Part shown: positions 16,513 to 28,233 of the stretch, in pieces | How the letters are laid out: every line of letters begins with the position of its first letter | Numbering within the stretch: the stretch's first letter is position 1 | Assembly: GCA_963753475.1 (NCBI GenBank) | Contig: CAVWCN010000022.1 | Location: forward strand, 14,036-78,035 | Length of the DNA stretch: 64,000 bases | Source: an uncultured Acidobacteriota bacterium | Lineage (GTDB): Bacteria; Acidobacteriota; Terriglobia; Acidiferrales; UBA7541 | Direction of reading: 5' to 3' | Notes under the pieces: model-generated | Databases searched by the model: none | What the model saw: the letters and a program-made list of their open reading frames with translations, nothing else | What the model was told of the DNA's origin: nothing | Position numbers and translations under genes: made by a program

Positions 16513-18936
16513 TTATTCCTCGCGCAGGGTGGTGGCCGGGTCGATCCGGGCGATCTTCAGAGTGGGCAGGACCGTCGCCGCCAGCGTCACGAGCAAGAGG
16601 ATGACCACCGCGCCTGCCAGCGTCGGCGCATCATAAACGCCAACGCCGTATAGCCAGCTACGGATCACTCGCAGGGTGCCGGCACACATTAGCAGCCCGA
16701 CAAACACACCGATAATTGACGCGCCCGCGCCGGAACGGCCGATCTGCAGCATCGCTTGCGAAATCGTCGACCCCAGAGCCATGCGGATGCCGATCTCACG
16801 CGTGCGCTGCGCCACCATATTCGCCACCAGAGCGAAGATGCCGACGGCGCTCAGCAGCAGAGCCAGCGCTGCCATCGCGCCGAGCAGAGCCACTTCGACT
16901 CGCTGGGTCGCCAGCGTCCGCGCCAGGAGGTCGCCCATGCTGTAAAAGCCCGATGCCGGCAGGTTGGGATCGGCGCTGCTCAGGGCACGCTGTACGTCAG
17001 CCGTCAAACCTGCGACGGGGCCAGCGGTGCGAACGATCCAGTCCGGTTGAAACCACACGTGGACTAGCGATAGATACTGCACGCTGACTTGCGCTGCCGG
17101 AATGTACATGGTTTGCTCGCTCATTAGCGGAGCGACGGGGTCAAGGCCGGAGGAAATCGGCACGTCGGCGACTTCGCCAACGATCCGCGTATTCTTGTCG
17201 AGATAGCGGCCCACCGGATTCGCCCCGCCGTAGAATTTCCGAGCGAAGGACTGGTTGACGACGGCGACGTGCTCGGAATTCGGGGCATCCGCATCCGTAA
17301 AGACACGGCCCGCAAGCACGGGCATCTGCAACGTGTCGAAATATCCGGGCGTGGCGTAGACAACGTCCGTGCCCACTGTTTGTCCCGCCTCTTTGCCGTC
17401 ACTGAGGGTGACGCCGTCATTCAGTGCGCGCTCGTAGGGCACGCTCAACCCCACCGCCGTGTCGCGGACCCCCGGAATCTGCCGCATGGCGGCCGTGCTT
17501 TCGTCGAGCAGTCTCCGAAAGGCCGCAGGATCGTGAAAGCGGGCGTCGTCGAGCGAGGCTTTGGCAATCATCACTCCGTTGGGGCTGAATCCACGAGGAA
17601 GCGTTTCCAAATGGACCAGCGTGCGGATCAGCAAACCGGCAGCGGCCAGCAGCACCACGGTAACGGCCACTTCTCCCGCGATCAGCGCTTGCCGCACTCG
17701 CGCGCTCCCGGCCGCGGCGACGCTACGGCCGCTCATGGATGAGCGGATGTCCACTTTCCGTGCCGCGAGCGCCGGGAGCATGCCGAACAGGACGCTGGTC
17801 AAAAGCGCGACGATCAGGCTAAACGCCATCACGCGGGCGTCCAACGAGACGTGCGCCACGGGAAGAAAATGCTCCGGCAGCAGAAGCAGCAAGCTGCGCA
17901 GGGCCAGGAAACCTACGCCGATGCCAACCGCTCCGCCGGCCATTGCCAGCAAAAGAGTCTCGGCCCAGAACTGTTTCTGGATCTGCCATGGCGAGGCTCC
18001 GAGCGCCAGCCGCGTCGCCACCTCCGGCGTACGCCGCAGCACGCGAACCAGCGTCAACCCGGCCAGGTTGGCGCAAGCGATCAGCAGGATCAGCCCCGCT
18101 GCCACCATCAGCGCCATCACCTGCGGGCGCAGCGAATCCGTCTCGCCCTTCTGCAGGGGCACGGAATGAAAGAGGATGTGCGAGCCTGTGCTGCGCTTTT
18201 CGAAGTTCCGCGCGAGCGCGGCCCATGCGCGGTTGAGTTCGGCGTTTGCCTCTTGCCACGATGCGCCGTCGCGCAGCCGCGTGATGACGTCAAAGTTTGT
18301 CCCGCCGCCTTCTCCTGACCGGCTCGGTTGGAGCGGCGTGTACACGTCCGCATTCAATGGGGTGACCGCGCCTTGCGGCAGCACGCCGACCACTGTGTGG
18401 GGCTCGCTCCGGAGTTCGATCACCTGCCCGAGGATCCCCGGGTCTGCGCCGAACACGTTCCGCCAGATGCCGTAGCTGAGGATCGCCGCTTCCGGCCCGT
18501 GCGGCCGGTCCTCCTCCTGCGAAAAATTCCGTCCGATCATCGGCCGCAGGCCCAGAACGTCCAGGTAATGCGCCGAGATCCGCCCATCCAGCACGTACTC
18601 CACGTGCGAAGCAGACTTGAGATTGATGCCCGAGGTGCCTCCGGAAACCGCCGAGATCAAAGCGGGAACGTTGTCGCGCAGCAGCTCCCATCGCTCGCCG
18701 TCAAGGTTGATCAGGGAATCGGAAGACCTGGCCCCGGTCACACGCGCGTAAATCGTCCCCATCCGGTCGGGATGCGGATAGGGCAGGCTCTGCAGCATCA
18801 GCGCGTTCACGAGAGAAAAGATGGCCGTGTTCGCTCCGATTGCGAGCGCCAGGGTGATCATCACCGTCGCGGTGAACCCGGGACTGCGCCGGAACTGCCG
18901 CGCCGCGATCTTGAGGTGCTGCTGCCAGTTCTCCAT
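16513..18936 (-). CDS. ADOP-family duplicated orphan permease (MacB/FtsX-like, two MacB_PCD+FtsX halves), short-N-terminus variant
   Basis: ORF track 16513..19011. The Met at 18936 gives MENWQQHLKIAARQFRRSPGFTATVMITLALAIGANTAIFS, the typical ADOP start. It lacks the ~60-aa N-terminal extension seen in the other two copies, and no PadR gene or ATPase is adjacent. Confidence 0.85.
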   Translation of the reverse strand: MENWQQHLKIAARQFRRSPGFTATVMITLALAIGANTAIFSLVNALMLQSLPYPHPDRMGTIYARVTGARSSDSLINLDGERWELLRDNVPALISAVSGGTSGINLKSASHVEYVLDGRISAHYLDVLGLRPMIGRNFSQEEDRPHGPEAAILSYGIWRNVFGADPGILGQVIELRSEPHTVVGVLPQGAVTPLNADVYTPLQPSRSGEGGGTNFDVITRLRDGASWQEANAELNRAWAALARNFEKRSTGSHILFHSVPLQKGETDSLRPQVMALMVAAGLILLIACANLAGLTLVRVLRRTPEVATRLALGASPWQIQKQFWAETLLLAMAGGAVGIGVGFLALRSLLLLLPEHFLPVAHVSLDARVMAFSLIVALLTSVLFGMLPALAARKVDIRSSMSGRSVAAAGSARVRQALIAGEVAVTVVLLAAAGLLIRTLVHLETLPRGFSPNGVMIAKASLDDARFHDPAAFRRLLDESTAAMRQIPGVRDTAVGLSVPYERALNDGVTLSDGKEAGQTVGTDVVYATPGYFDTLQMPVLAGRVFTDADAPNSEHVAVVNQSFARKFYGGANPVGRYLDKNTRIVGEVADVPISSGLDPVAPLMSEQTMYIPAAQVSVQYLSLVHVWFQPDWIVRTAGPVAGLTADVQRALSSADPNLPASGFYSMGDLLARTLATQRVEVALLGAMAALALLLSAVGIFALVANMVAQRTREIGIRMALGSTISQAMLQIGRSGAGASIIGVFVGLLMCAGTLRVIRSWLYGVGVYDAPTLAGAVVILLLVTLAATVLPTLKIARIDPATTLREE

Positions 18937-19211
18937 AAGGCATCCCCCGAAGGTGAGTCTGTGCTGAAATCCTATGCCGAGAATACGCCTGCTGCGGCCG
19001 CAAAGTTCCACTCAACGGTTTTTGCGGAGGCGGCTCGTTCTGCGCGTTTAGACTGGCCCCCATCGAATGTGCTGGGCGGCATTGCGGCGGCCTTGAGTCC
19101 CGCCCGACGGGTTCCTCCGTTGCCAAACACCGCATCCCGATTCGCAATATGGACGTCAATCGTGGGGCTTTCGTGCCTTCGTGCTCGGACTGCGAGGTCT
19201 CTGGACGTTCT

Positions 19212-19919
19212 ATGGGCGGGTTTCCTCGAGTGGTGTCTCTGCTTTGTCTTGCTCTTGCCGGCGCGGTTGCCGTCGAGCCCGGCCAAGAACCATCGACTGG
19301 AGACTCGACGCCTTCCGCAGGGATTGCCCACTTTGAGTTGAAAAACCAGACCTTTTTTGACGGAATGGCAAGTCTCAGTTCTGCCCGTGTCCCCATTCGA
19401 CTCGGCTTCGAGGAGGTTCTTCGAGCGGAGTTCGCGGACGCGCCGCCGCCAAGTCCGCGCTTTGATCTTGAGCTCACGGGCGCCACCGCCATGGAAATCG
19501 TCCAGACGCTGTGCGCCCTCGACACGCGATACACGTGGGCTTTCGATGGGAACACAATAAACGTGTTCCCGAGAGCCGTGGTCGGCGACCCTACGTATTT
19601 GCTTAACCGAAGCCTCGATAAGCTTGATGTGGCGGGTATTCGAAACCCACAGCAGCCCCTTTTGGCAATCGCCCGGCAACTTCCGCCCCCCAGGGAACAG
19701 ATCGGGTACGCGCAGGTGGGTGGCGATTCGTCATATGCCAAGCTTTGGGCCGTTTCTTTTGAGGATCTTACCGTCCGCCAAGCGATCAACCGACTTGCCG
19801 CTCACATGAGTCAGCGCGGCGTATGGGTGTTCAGCGGCTCTAGCGACTTTCGCTCTTTCGCCTTCTTCAAATCGGGATTCAACCCGCGGCCTGCGCCTGC
19901 CCCGAATGCTTCGCGATAG
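19212..19919 (+). CDS. Hypothetical secreted protein
   Basis: ORF track 19149..19919. The Met at 19212 gives a signal peptide (MGGFPRVVSLLCLALAGAVAVEP). No family recognised. Confidence 0.5.
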   Translation: MGGFPRVVSLLCLALAGAVAVEPGQEPSTGDSTPSAGIAHFELKNQTFFDGMASLSSARVPIRLGFEEVLRAEFADAPPPSPRFDLELTGATAMEIVQTLCALDTRYTWAFDGNTINVFPRAVVGDPTYLLNRSLDKLDVAGIRNPQQPLLAIARQLPPPREQIGYAQVGGDSSYAKLWAVSFEDLTVRQAINRLAAHMSQRGVWVFSGSSDFRSFAFFKSGFNPRPAPAPNASR

Positions 19920-20009
19920 ATTGGCGAGAACATGCTCAGATGTTCCGTTGCGACTCCTCTCAGGGACACGGGCAGCGTGAGGTCGGGCAGATTTTCGCGG
20001 GAGGACAGT

Positions 20010-21803
20010 TTAGATTTCGACCAGGGTGGCGCTGAGGCGGAGGCGTCCGGATTCGACGGCCTGCACGAGTGCGCCAACCACCTTCTCGTCGAATTTGGCG
20101 ATGGCGAGCGAGCGAATGCGTTCGAGCGCGAATCCGAGGTCCATGGCGGATTGGTAGGGGCGGTTCGTGGTGATGGCGTCGAGCGTGTCGGCGACGGCGA
20201 TGATCCGCGCCATCATGGGAATTTGGTCGCCCTGCAAGCCGTAGGGATAGCCGCCGCCGTCCATGCGTTCGTGGTGCAGTTCGATGCCGGGCAGCATGTC
20301 CTTAAGCTGCGCGACCGGGCGCATGATGTTGGCGCCTTTTGACGGGTGCTGCTTCATCAGGTCGAATTCTTCGTCGGTCAGCTTGCCGGGCTTTTTCAGC
20401 ACGCGATCGTCCACGCCGATTTTGCCCACGTCGTGCAGCAGCGCGGAAATGCGCAGGCGGTCGAGGTCCTCGGCGTTCAGGCCCAGAATGTCGCCGATGA
20501 TCAGCGAATATTTCGCGACGCGGCCGGAGTGGCCTCGCGTGTAGGGATCCTTTTCGTCGATGGCCGCGGCGAGCATGCGGATGGAGCCCAGGAACAGCTC
20601 GCGATTTTCGGCGGCGGCTTGCTTTCAGCTGTTCGACGTATTCCTCGATGTCGCCGGCCATGTGGTTGAAGGTTTCGGCGAGTTCGCTGATTTCCGCGGC
20701 GCCGCGCACCTCCGCGCGCTCGTGGAATTCGGCGCGGCTGATGGCGCGCGTGGATTCGACCAGGCCGCGAATCGGCCGCGTGATGCCGACGGCGAACAGA
20801 TACCCGAAGAAAAGCGCCACGAACGTGACACCGACCACGAAGTTGAGGGCCTGCGCGGTTCAGTTCGTTCACGCCGGCGTCGATGCGCGCGTCGTCCAGG
20901 CTGCGTTGCGCGACGACGGCCCAGCGCAGCTCCGGAATGGTGCTGTAGGTGCCGATCATTTCGATTTTGCGGCGCGTGTCCTTGTCGTCCACCGAGAAAT
21001 TCGTGGTTTGCGTGGCGCGCAAGTCCTGCGGCAGTTCCTTGAACTGCTTGACGAGCGGGAACATCGAGGTGACGTCGCGTCCCGGCACGAGCTGTCGCGT
21101 GTCCGGATAGGCCACGATGCGACCATGGACGTCAACGATGAAGACGGTGCGATCGCGCACGCTCGCGTCGCGCAGCCGCTGCTGCAGCCGGTCGAGCGAG
21201 ACGACCGCCGCGAGCATTCCGGTGAATTGGCCGTCCTGCAGCAGCGGCACGGACATCACCAGCGCCGGATGGTTGTCTGGCCCAAGCGCGAAGGGTTCGC
21301 TGAGGGAATCAAACCCCTGAATGCTCGCCGGTGAATGCGCGTTTCAGCGCGGCGTCCACGAACGGGTCGTGGTCCGCGCTGAAAAACTGCCCGCCGATTG
21401 GCCCTTGGCCTGCTTGTTGACGGCGGTGACGTAGAGAATGTTCGGATTGTTCTCGAGCGAACTCCTGCAAGCAGCCGCGTGAGTTGCGGCGCAGTGCGTC
21501 GGGATCGTCCACGTCCTGGATCCAGCCGGTGAGCGCGAGAACCTGGCGCTGGCTGGCGAGTTGTTCGCGAAGACTTTGCTCGAACTGCAGGGTTTCGCTG
21601 GCGAGCGAGCGAGTGATTTCATTCTGCTGCACGCGCTCGGTATCCTGCAGCTTCTCCTCGCTGAGGTGGAGGACCTGGCGATGGTAGAGCCAGAGCGGAG
21701 TCACGCTGACGAGCAGGAGGGCGCCCAGCACAATCCAGAGGATGCGCATGCGACGCGTTGTGAAGTGCTTGAGCGCTTGGATGGGCACAGGAATCTCTAC
21801 CAT
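20010..21803 (-). pseudogene. Membrane-bound Cache-HAMP-HD-GYP signalling protein (c-di-GMP phosphodiesterase type); reading frame broken at least 5 times as sequenced
   Basis: Reconstructed from ORFs 21309..21803 (TM N-terminus), 21344..21622, 20501..21259 (Cache-like), 20302..20838 (TM+HAMP) and 20010..20576 (HD-GYP: HDVGKIGV...HHERMDGGGYP). Frame changes lie near 21470, 21410, 21318, 20850 and 20620. Confidence 0.8.
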
Positions 21804-21912
21804 TGAATGCTAGCGGAAGGCGGTGGACGGGCACAACTGGACCAAAGTACTAGCGTAGCCGATAAGCCACGGGCGACCTGGCACTCCGAACGTCGAGCCG
21901 AACGCGGGCGTT

Positions 21913-22528
21913 CTAGCGGCGGAATTTGAGCCGCGGTTCGGTGTGCGGCGATCAGGCGTTCGATATTCGCGCGATGCTTTACCAGGACAAGAATCGAAAT
22001 CAGGATCGTCCCCACGGTGACGGCGGGCGGCGGGGCGTGTCGGGGTGCGTACAGGAGATGAATGAAAACGGGCAACGCGGCGGCGGCGAGCAATCGAGCC
22101 GAGCGAGGAATAGCGCCAGAAGGCGACGACCAGAAGCCACAGGACCACCGCAGCGAGCGACCGCCGATGCGCAAATGGGAAGGAAAACGCCGAGCCCGGT
22201 GGCCACTCCCTTGCCGCCTTTAAAGCGCAGCCAGACCGGGAAACATGTGGCCGATGACGGCAGCAGCGCGGCTGCCATCATCCAGCGGTCGTCCGCCGTG
22301 CGTCCAACGAGCGGCGACCCAGACGGCGAGATAGCCTTTCGCCGCGTCGAGGAGCAGGGTGAGAATTCCGGCGAGGGCGCCGGCGTTGCGCGCGACGTTT
22401 GCGGCGCCGATGTTGCCGCTGCCGGTGTTCGCGAATGTCCGGACCGCCGAGCCTTCACGATCAAAAAGCCGAAGGGGATCGATCCCAGGACATAGGCGAC
22501 CGCGGGAATGAGCCAGATCGGCTTTCAC
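21913..22528 (-). pseudogene. plsY: Glycerol-3-phosphate acyltransferase PlsY; at least 4 frame breaks as sequenced
   Basis: PlsY motifs are spread over three frames: [92 protein letters not shown] and TEPRLKFRR-stop. The GTG start at 22528 overlaps the thpR stop (GTGA). Confidence 0.8.
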
Positions 22529-23101
22529 TCGGCTCCTTGCACGAAAGGGAAGGCTCCCAGTTTCCTGTATTCCGCGCCGGAAGGACTTGAGAATGCTCTC
22601 GAAGAGATGAAATTCCGTTTCGCGCGCCGAACCAAAATCGCGGTCTCGCGATTCGGCCGCGGCCCGCGCGAGTTCGGTCAACTGCGCCGGGCTTCGAAAA
22701 GCGGGCGAGGGTGAGGTGCGGCACGAAATCGCGCGTCTCGCGCGCGATTCCCAGGGGTTCGAGGGCGCGCTCCACGGCTCTGCGCGAGCGGAGCCAGATT
22801 GGTGGAGCTTTCGACGCCGCACCAGATCACGCGCGGGCGCGCGTCGTTTGGGAAAAATCCGACGCCGCGAAAGTGCAAATCGACGGGGCGCGGTCGAGCG
22901 AACGGGCGCCAGCGCGGCGCGGATCGGATCGAGCCGATCTTCCGCGACGTGGCCGATGAATTTCAGCGTGACGTGCAGTCCTTCCGGGCGCACCCAGCGA
23001 GCGCTCGTGCTGAGCGGCTTGAGGCTGCGCGATCAGATCGCGAATCGATTCACGGCATCTCCTGGCGAAGATCGAGCGCGACGAACAGGCGCACTGCTCA
23101 T
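22525..23101 (-). pseudogene. thpR: RNA 2',3'-cyclic phosphodiesterase ThpR/LigT (2H family); several frame breaks
   Basis: Both HxT/S motifs are visible in different frames: GLHVTLKFIGHV (ORF 22220..22993) and VPHLTLARF (ORF 22461..22775). The N-terminus RLFVALDL and C-terminus EFHLFESIL...SGAEYRKLGAFPF lie in other frames. Confidence 0.7.
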
Positions 23102-24364
23102 GCCCGTCTGTTTAGGCGCGGAATAGAGGAAGTGGCGGCGGACCATGTCGAGCGCGGTTTGCGCGGCGAACATGCGGATGCGTTCGCGGTCGCCGGGGAA
23201 TCGGAAGGCTTCTTTCGCGATGCGCCGCGCTCGTCGGCGATGCCGATGTGGACAAGACCGACGGGTTTTCGGGCGTGCCGCCGCCGGGTCCGGCGATGCC
23301 GGTCGATGCCCACGCCGATTGTGGCGCCGGAGCGCTTGCGAATGCCGTCGGCGAGCGCGAGCGCCACTTCGGGGCTCACCGCGCCTTTGGCTTCGATCAT
23401 TTCCGCGGGCACGCCGACGAGAGAGGTTTTCAGCTCGTTGCTGTAGCAGACGACGCCGCCCAGAAAATAAGCGGAGCTGCCGGGAACGTTGGTGAAGCGC
23501 TCGGCGAGCAATCCTCCGGTGCAGCTTTCGGCGACGGCGATGGTGGCGCGATTTTCGGTGAGAATGCGCGCGACAACTTCCTCGATGCGACTCGCCGGTG
23601 GATGGAGTACAGATGCTCGCCAAGCGCCAGCGCCATGCGGCCGACGATCTCGTCGAGCAGCTTTTCGGCTTTCGCCGGATCGTCGGACCAGATGCGGGGA
23701 TGAAGCTCGATTCCGGCGCGCGTGGCCAGGATGGTGGTTTCCGTGTCGGGATACGAGCGCGTAGAGCGGCGAGACGCGCTGCTCGACTTCGGATTCGGAC
23801 AAGCCCGCGATGCGCAGGTCGCGCGTGTACAGGCGCTCGCTGTGATTCCAGCCTGGCGAGGCGCGGGCTTCACTTCCGTTTCGAAGAGCGCGCGCAGTTC
23901 GATGGGCACGCCGGGAAGCAGAACGACGATGTGGCCGTTCGTTTCGAGCCAGAGGCCGGGCGCGGTGCCGCTTGGATTGGGAAGCACGGTGGCGCCTTCG
24001 GGGACCATGGCCTGGCGCGCGTTGATTTCCGGCATGGCGCGGCCGAAGCGTCGAAAGCGTTCCTGAATCTGGCGGAGGATTTCGTCATCGCGGCGGAGTT
24101 TGCGGCCGAGAAGATCGGCGACGGTGTCGCGCGTGCGGTCATCGTCGGTGGGGCCAAGGCCGCCGCGAAGAGACGATCAAGTCGGCGCGGTCGAGGGCGT
24201 TGGAAAACGACGAGCGCATTTCGTCGGGCGAGTCGCCGACCACCGCTTTATGAACCACGCGTATGCCGAGCTGGTTCAGCTCCGAGGTGAGGAAAAGGGA
24301 ATTGGTGTCGAGGCGGATAGGGCGTGAGCAGTTCGGACCCGACTGCGATGATTTCCGCGTTCAT
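23098..24364 (-). pseudogene. cinA: CinA family protein (MoCF-binding domain plus PncC nicotinamide-nucleotide amidase domain); many frame breaks
   Basis: The N-terminus MNAEIIAVGSELLT starts at 24364. Other fragments are PEINARQAMVPEGATVLPNPSGTAPGLWLE (23430..24035), IAVAESCTGGLLAERFTNVPGSSAYFLGGVVCYSNELK (23098..23802) and PGDRERIRMFAAQTALDMV (23033..23623). The exact stop is uncertain. Confidence 0.75.
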
Positions 24365-24465
24365 GGGCGTCACCGAAGGACGCAAATTGTTGTACCTGAT
24401 GCGGAGGATGCTGGCAAGGGGAGCCAGAGACTGACGGTCCGAGGTTAGAAGTAGCACGCAATCCT

Positions 24466-24494
24466 TTGACAGTTCGACGCGGCATCTCTAAACT
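24466..24494 (+). promoter_or_regulatory. Sigma70-type promoter TTGACA-17 nt-TAAACT for parDE, predicting a leaderless transcript
   Basis: TTGACA at 24466-24471, a 17-nt spacer, then TAAACT at 24489-24494. The parD ATG at 24502 lies 7-8 nt downstream of the -10 box and has no Shine-Dalgarno sequence. Confidence 0.5.
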
Positions 24495-24501
24495 CGCGGA
24501 T

Positions 24502-24741
24502 ATGGTAGTGCATCTTAAGCCCGAGACCGAATCCCGTCTTAGGGAGCTTGCGGCGAGCACTGGACGTGCTCCGGACGATCTCGTTGAAGACGCCATGGCC
24601 GGCTACCTAGCCGAGCTGGCCGAGCTCCGCGACACCCTCGATAGCCGCAACGATGAGATCAACGCCGGCCGCGTCAAGCCGATTGACGGCGAAGAGGCCT
24701 TCCGCCGTCTCCGCGATAAAGGCGAAGACCGCCGCCGCTGA
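24502..24741 (+). CDS. parD: Type II antitoxin (ribbon-helix-helix, ParD-like partner of ParE/RelE toxins)
   Basis: MVVHLKPETESRLRELAASTGRAPDDLVEDAMAGYL... is typical of this antitoxin class. Its stop overlaps the toxin ATG (TGATG). Confidence 0.7.
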   Translation: MVVHLKPETESRLRELAASTGRAPDDLVEDAMAGYLAELAELRDTLDSRNDEINAGRVKPIDGEEAFRRLRDKGEDRRR

Positions 24742-25051
24742 TGAGCGGCTTTGTCCTCCATCCGGAAGCTCTCGCAGACCTGGGCGAAATCTGGGAATTC
24801 ATGGCGACGGACAGCGTTGATGCCGCCGACCGAGTCCTACAGGAAACCCACGAATCGATTCGGGGGCTTGTTCGTTTCCCTCAACCGGCACACTCGCCCG
24901 GAAATTGCTTCTCGGGCCGTTGAGATTCCAGGTCGTGCGAGAGTTCTTGATCGCTTACGCGCCATACGAAGATCCGCTCGTCGTGATCGCTGTGCTCCAC
25001 GGTCGGCGAAACCCTCGCGTGCTTGCGGCTCTCCTGCGTGACAGAAAGTAA
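24741..25051 (+). pseudogene. parE: ParE/RelE-family toxin with two frame breaks within about 40 nt
   Basis: Frame 0 reads MSGFVLHPEALADLGEIWEFMATDSVDAADRVLQE...RFPQ. Frame +1 reads RHTRPEIASRAV, and frame +2 reads LRFQVVREFLIAYAPYEDPLVVIAVLHGRRNPRVLAALLRDRK-stop (25049-25051). Confidence 0.7.
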
Positions 25052-25235
25052 AATGGATCGCGGCGCTTTTCGCCCTGGAGAATGTTCCTCGCGGTCGTTA
25101 TTACCCGCCCCTAGAAGGCCGGGACACTGGGGGTTTCCATCTATAATCCTCGCCGTCGTTCGCAGCGTTAGTTCGTTGCGCTCATGCACAGGCAGATCGA
25201 TCTCCCTGGATTTTTGGGGCTGCGGAGGAATTTTT

Positions 25236-28233
25236 ATGAAATCACGGTTGGGTAGCGCGCAGACGGGGAGGCGGCGTCGGATTCTGTGTCAGTGCCTGGC
25301 GCTGGCAGTTCTGTGCGGTCTGAGCGGCCGCTGCGTTCCTGCGCAGCAGGAAGTTCCGAAGATGCCGATGCAGCCCAAGTACGAAGATGGCGCAGAGGCG
25401 CGCTGGCTGAACAAGAAAGTGCTGGACTCGCGCGTGCTGGATTCCATGGAGGATTTGTCGGCGTGGTCGTTCACCGGCGACGGCGATATGGCCCTCGTGG
25501 ATTCGCCGGTGAAAGACGGCGCGCATTCCCTGCGAATTCGGTCGAAGCAAAATCTGGGGCTGGTGGGGAACACCGGCGAATGGGAGGATTTGGTCGCAAG
25601 CCGCAAGTTTCCTTCTCAGAATTGGAGCCGCTACAACAGGATTTCCATCTGGGTCTATCCCGATGTGATCGGCGCGCCGGCAATCTCCGCCTCACTCGTT
25701 CTGCACAACGAGGGCGCGCATCGCCTTCCGGATCGATATAACGAGGGGCGGGATGAGTCCATCATCCTGAAGGATCACGAATGGAATCACGTGGTATGGG
25801 AAATTGCGCCGCTCGACAGGGATAAGGTCACGCAGGTCGATTTTGCCTACAGCCTCCCCAAAATGTTTCCCGACCCGGGCGATCAGACCATTCTCTACAT
25901 CGACAAACTGGAATTGCAGAGAGTTGACGCGGACCACGTCGAGGGGTGGGATGTGGCGCACGGCAAAATAGCGTTCAGTCAAGCGGGGTATACGCCGGGT
26001 TCCACGAAGACGGCAATTGCAAGCGGCTTCGATGCGCGCGAGTTTTCGGTGATCGAGGACGGTACGGGCAAAGTGGTTCTCACCAAGGCCGTCCGGAGGG
26101 AGACAACGCCGTTGGGGAAGTACGCGGTCCTGGATTTTTCCGAGGTTCAGACGCCCGGCGAATATGTGCTTCGCGCCGGGGGAATGACGACGCGCCCATT
26201 TCAGATCGGGCCAGAGGCTTGGCGCGAAAGCATCTGGAAAGCCATCAATTTTATGTACAGCGAACGGTGCGGCACCGTGATTCCCGGCATCCACGGAATC
26301 TGTCACCTGGACGACTACACCATTCATGGGAACAAACGAATTATCGTCAACGGCGGCTATCACGATGCGGGAGATCTTTCGGCCACGGGCAACACTCCGG
26401 GAATGGCGTACGCGCTGTTTTCACTGGCGGAACGTCTCCAGCAGCAAGGGGAAGATCCCGTGCTGCGCGCGCGCGTGCTGGAAGAAGCGATCTGGGGGCT
26501 GCGCTGGGTGCTGAAAACCACCTTCGGCGACGGGTATCGCAGCAAAGGCCAATTGATCAGCTACTGGACCGACGGCATCATCGGCGATGCGGACGATCGC
26601 AGCGGCCCGGCCGTGAACGAACCCGAATGGAATTTCCGTGTGGCGGCTGTCGAGGCGCTTGCCGCTCGCGTCTTGAAACAGAGCAATCCCGAACTTGCGA
26701 TTCGCAGCCTTCGTACGGCAGCAGCAGGACTGGAACTATGCCGTCGAGGGACTCAAGACGGCCGCACCACTTCCGGAGGTCTATGGAGCGCAGGACGAAC
26801 TCGAGCGCATTTCGTTTGGCGCAATTGCTTCCGTTGACTTGTACCGGGCTACCGGTGAGCAACGCTACGCGGACGAGGCGTTCAAACTGGGAGACCAGAT
26901 CGTTGCATCGCAGGAGCAGGCGATCCAGCACTGGAGCATCCCACTGACCGGTTATTTTTACACCAGTCCCAAGCGGGAGAATCTTTTCCATCGCTTTCAT
27001 ATCGGGCAAGAGGAAGAGCCCATCGTTGCGCTGGCTCATCTGTGCGAAACATTTCCCAACAACGAAAATTGGATGAACTGGTATGCCGCCATCGTCCTGC
27101 ACTCCAAGTACTATCAGGAAGTTGCTGCGAAAGTAGATCAGCCCTACGGCATGTTGCCGGCGGGAATCTACAGGGAGAGTGAAGTACGATTGTTGCCTGA
27201 ATCGAAGAATTGGACCCCACTGCGCGCCGCCGATCGCGACTCCTATCTCGAGGAAGTCCATCGCGGCCTTCCCTTGGGGGGCGAATACTACCTTCGAAGA
27301 TTTCCCGTCTGGTTCGACTTCCGCGGGAATTCGAGCGTTTTGCTATCGCAGGCCAAAGCCCTGTCCGCGGCCGGACAATTGCGCGGCGATCTCGAGGCGG
27401 AAGATCTGGCGCAGCAGCAGGCGCAGTGGATATTGGGACGCAATCCATTTTCAGCCAGCATCATGTACGGCGAGGGCTACGACTGGACGCCGCTCTATAG
27501 CGTGCGCTCGGGAGAAATGGTGGGCGCGATTCCCGTCGGGATCGAAACCGAGGAATACAAGGACGCGCCCTATTGGCCCACGCAGATTTGCTGGACGTAC
27601 AAGGAGGTCTGGACCCAGCCGGTGGGGGAATGGATCTGGCTGATGAAAGATCTGCATGGCGCGGCCGTGGTCGAGGGAGATGCAGATGCTTCATCGCGCG
27701 AGCCCATCGAGTTTCGCGACCGGAGGACAGGAAATGTGACGCGGGTTACCGCGGATCCTGCGAACGGTAAATTTCGAGTCCGGTTGCCGCAAGGAGAATA
27801 TAGCGTGGGCCAGGGCGCAGCGCATACCACGGTCACCGCGCTCTCTGGCGGAATTTATCACGTCGACTTGCGACCCGGCCGAGCCTTTGATTTCAGTGTC
27901 GCCGTAGAAAAGACGGACGAACTCACGCTGCGCATCCATGCGGAAGGCGCGGGCGTCCACAAGCTAGAAGTGAGAAGCTCGAATCTCGATTTTCGCGAGC
28001 CGGCCACGCAGACGATTGAACTGCGTCCGGGCCATGCCGCGGACCTAATCCGGCACGCTCATATTCTTAAATCTGGAACACCGTGGGTCATTGTCGTGAT
28101 CCCTGACGGCTCCCTGAACGAGCACCGCGAAGTTACGGGCGTCGGGGCGGGCGCGGAAGCAGGGAGAGATTCTTCTACGGATCGGAAGTCCGGCAAGGGC
28201 GGGACGATGAAAAGCGATCCGGCCCTCCAATGA
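25236..28233 (+). pseudogene. Secreted GH9-like glycoside hydrolase (N-terminal jelly-roll/CBM-like region, CelD_N Ig-like domain, alpha/alpha-6 barrel, C-terminal beta-sandwich domains); single frame break near 26715-26725
   Basis: Joined from ORFs 25023..26837 and 26695..28233. The ATG at 25236 follows GGAGGA. It contains an Ig-like IAFSQAGYTPGSTKTAI...DFSEVQTPGEYVL, the motif GGYHDAGD and QWILGRNPFSASIMYGEGY. The break lies in a gcagcagcag tract. Confidence 0.65.

Noticed and set aside
25142-25147. A consensus TATAAT upstream of the GH9 gene as a promoter
   Set aside because: No acceptable -35 hexamer lies at 16-19 nt (ccggga/gccggg), and there is no extended -10 TG, so support is insufficient.
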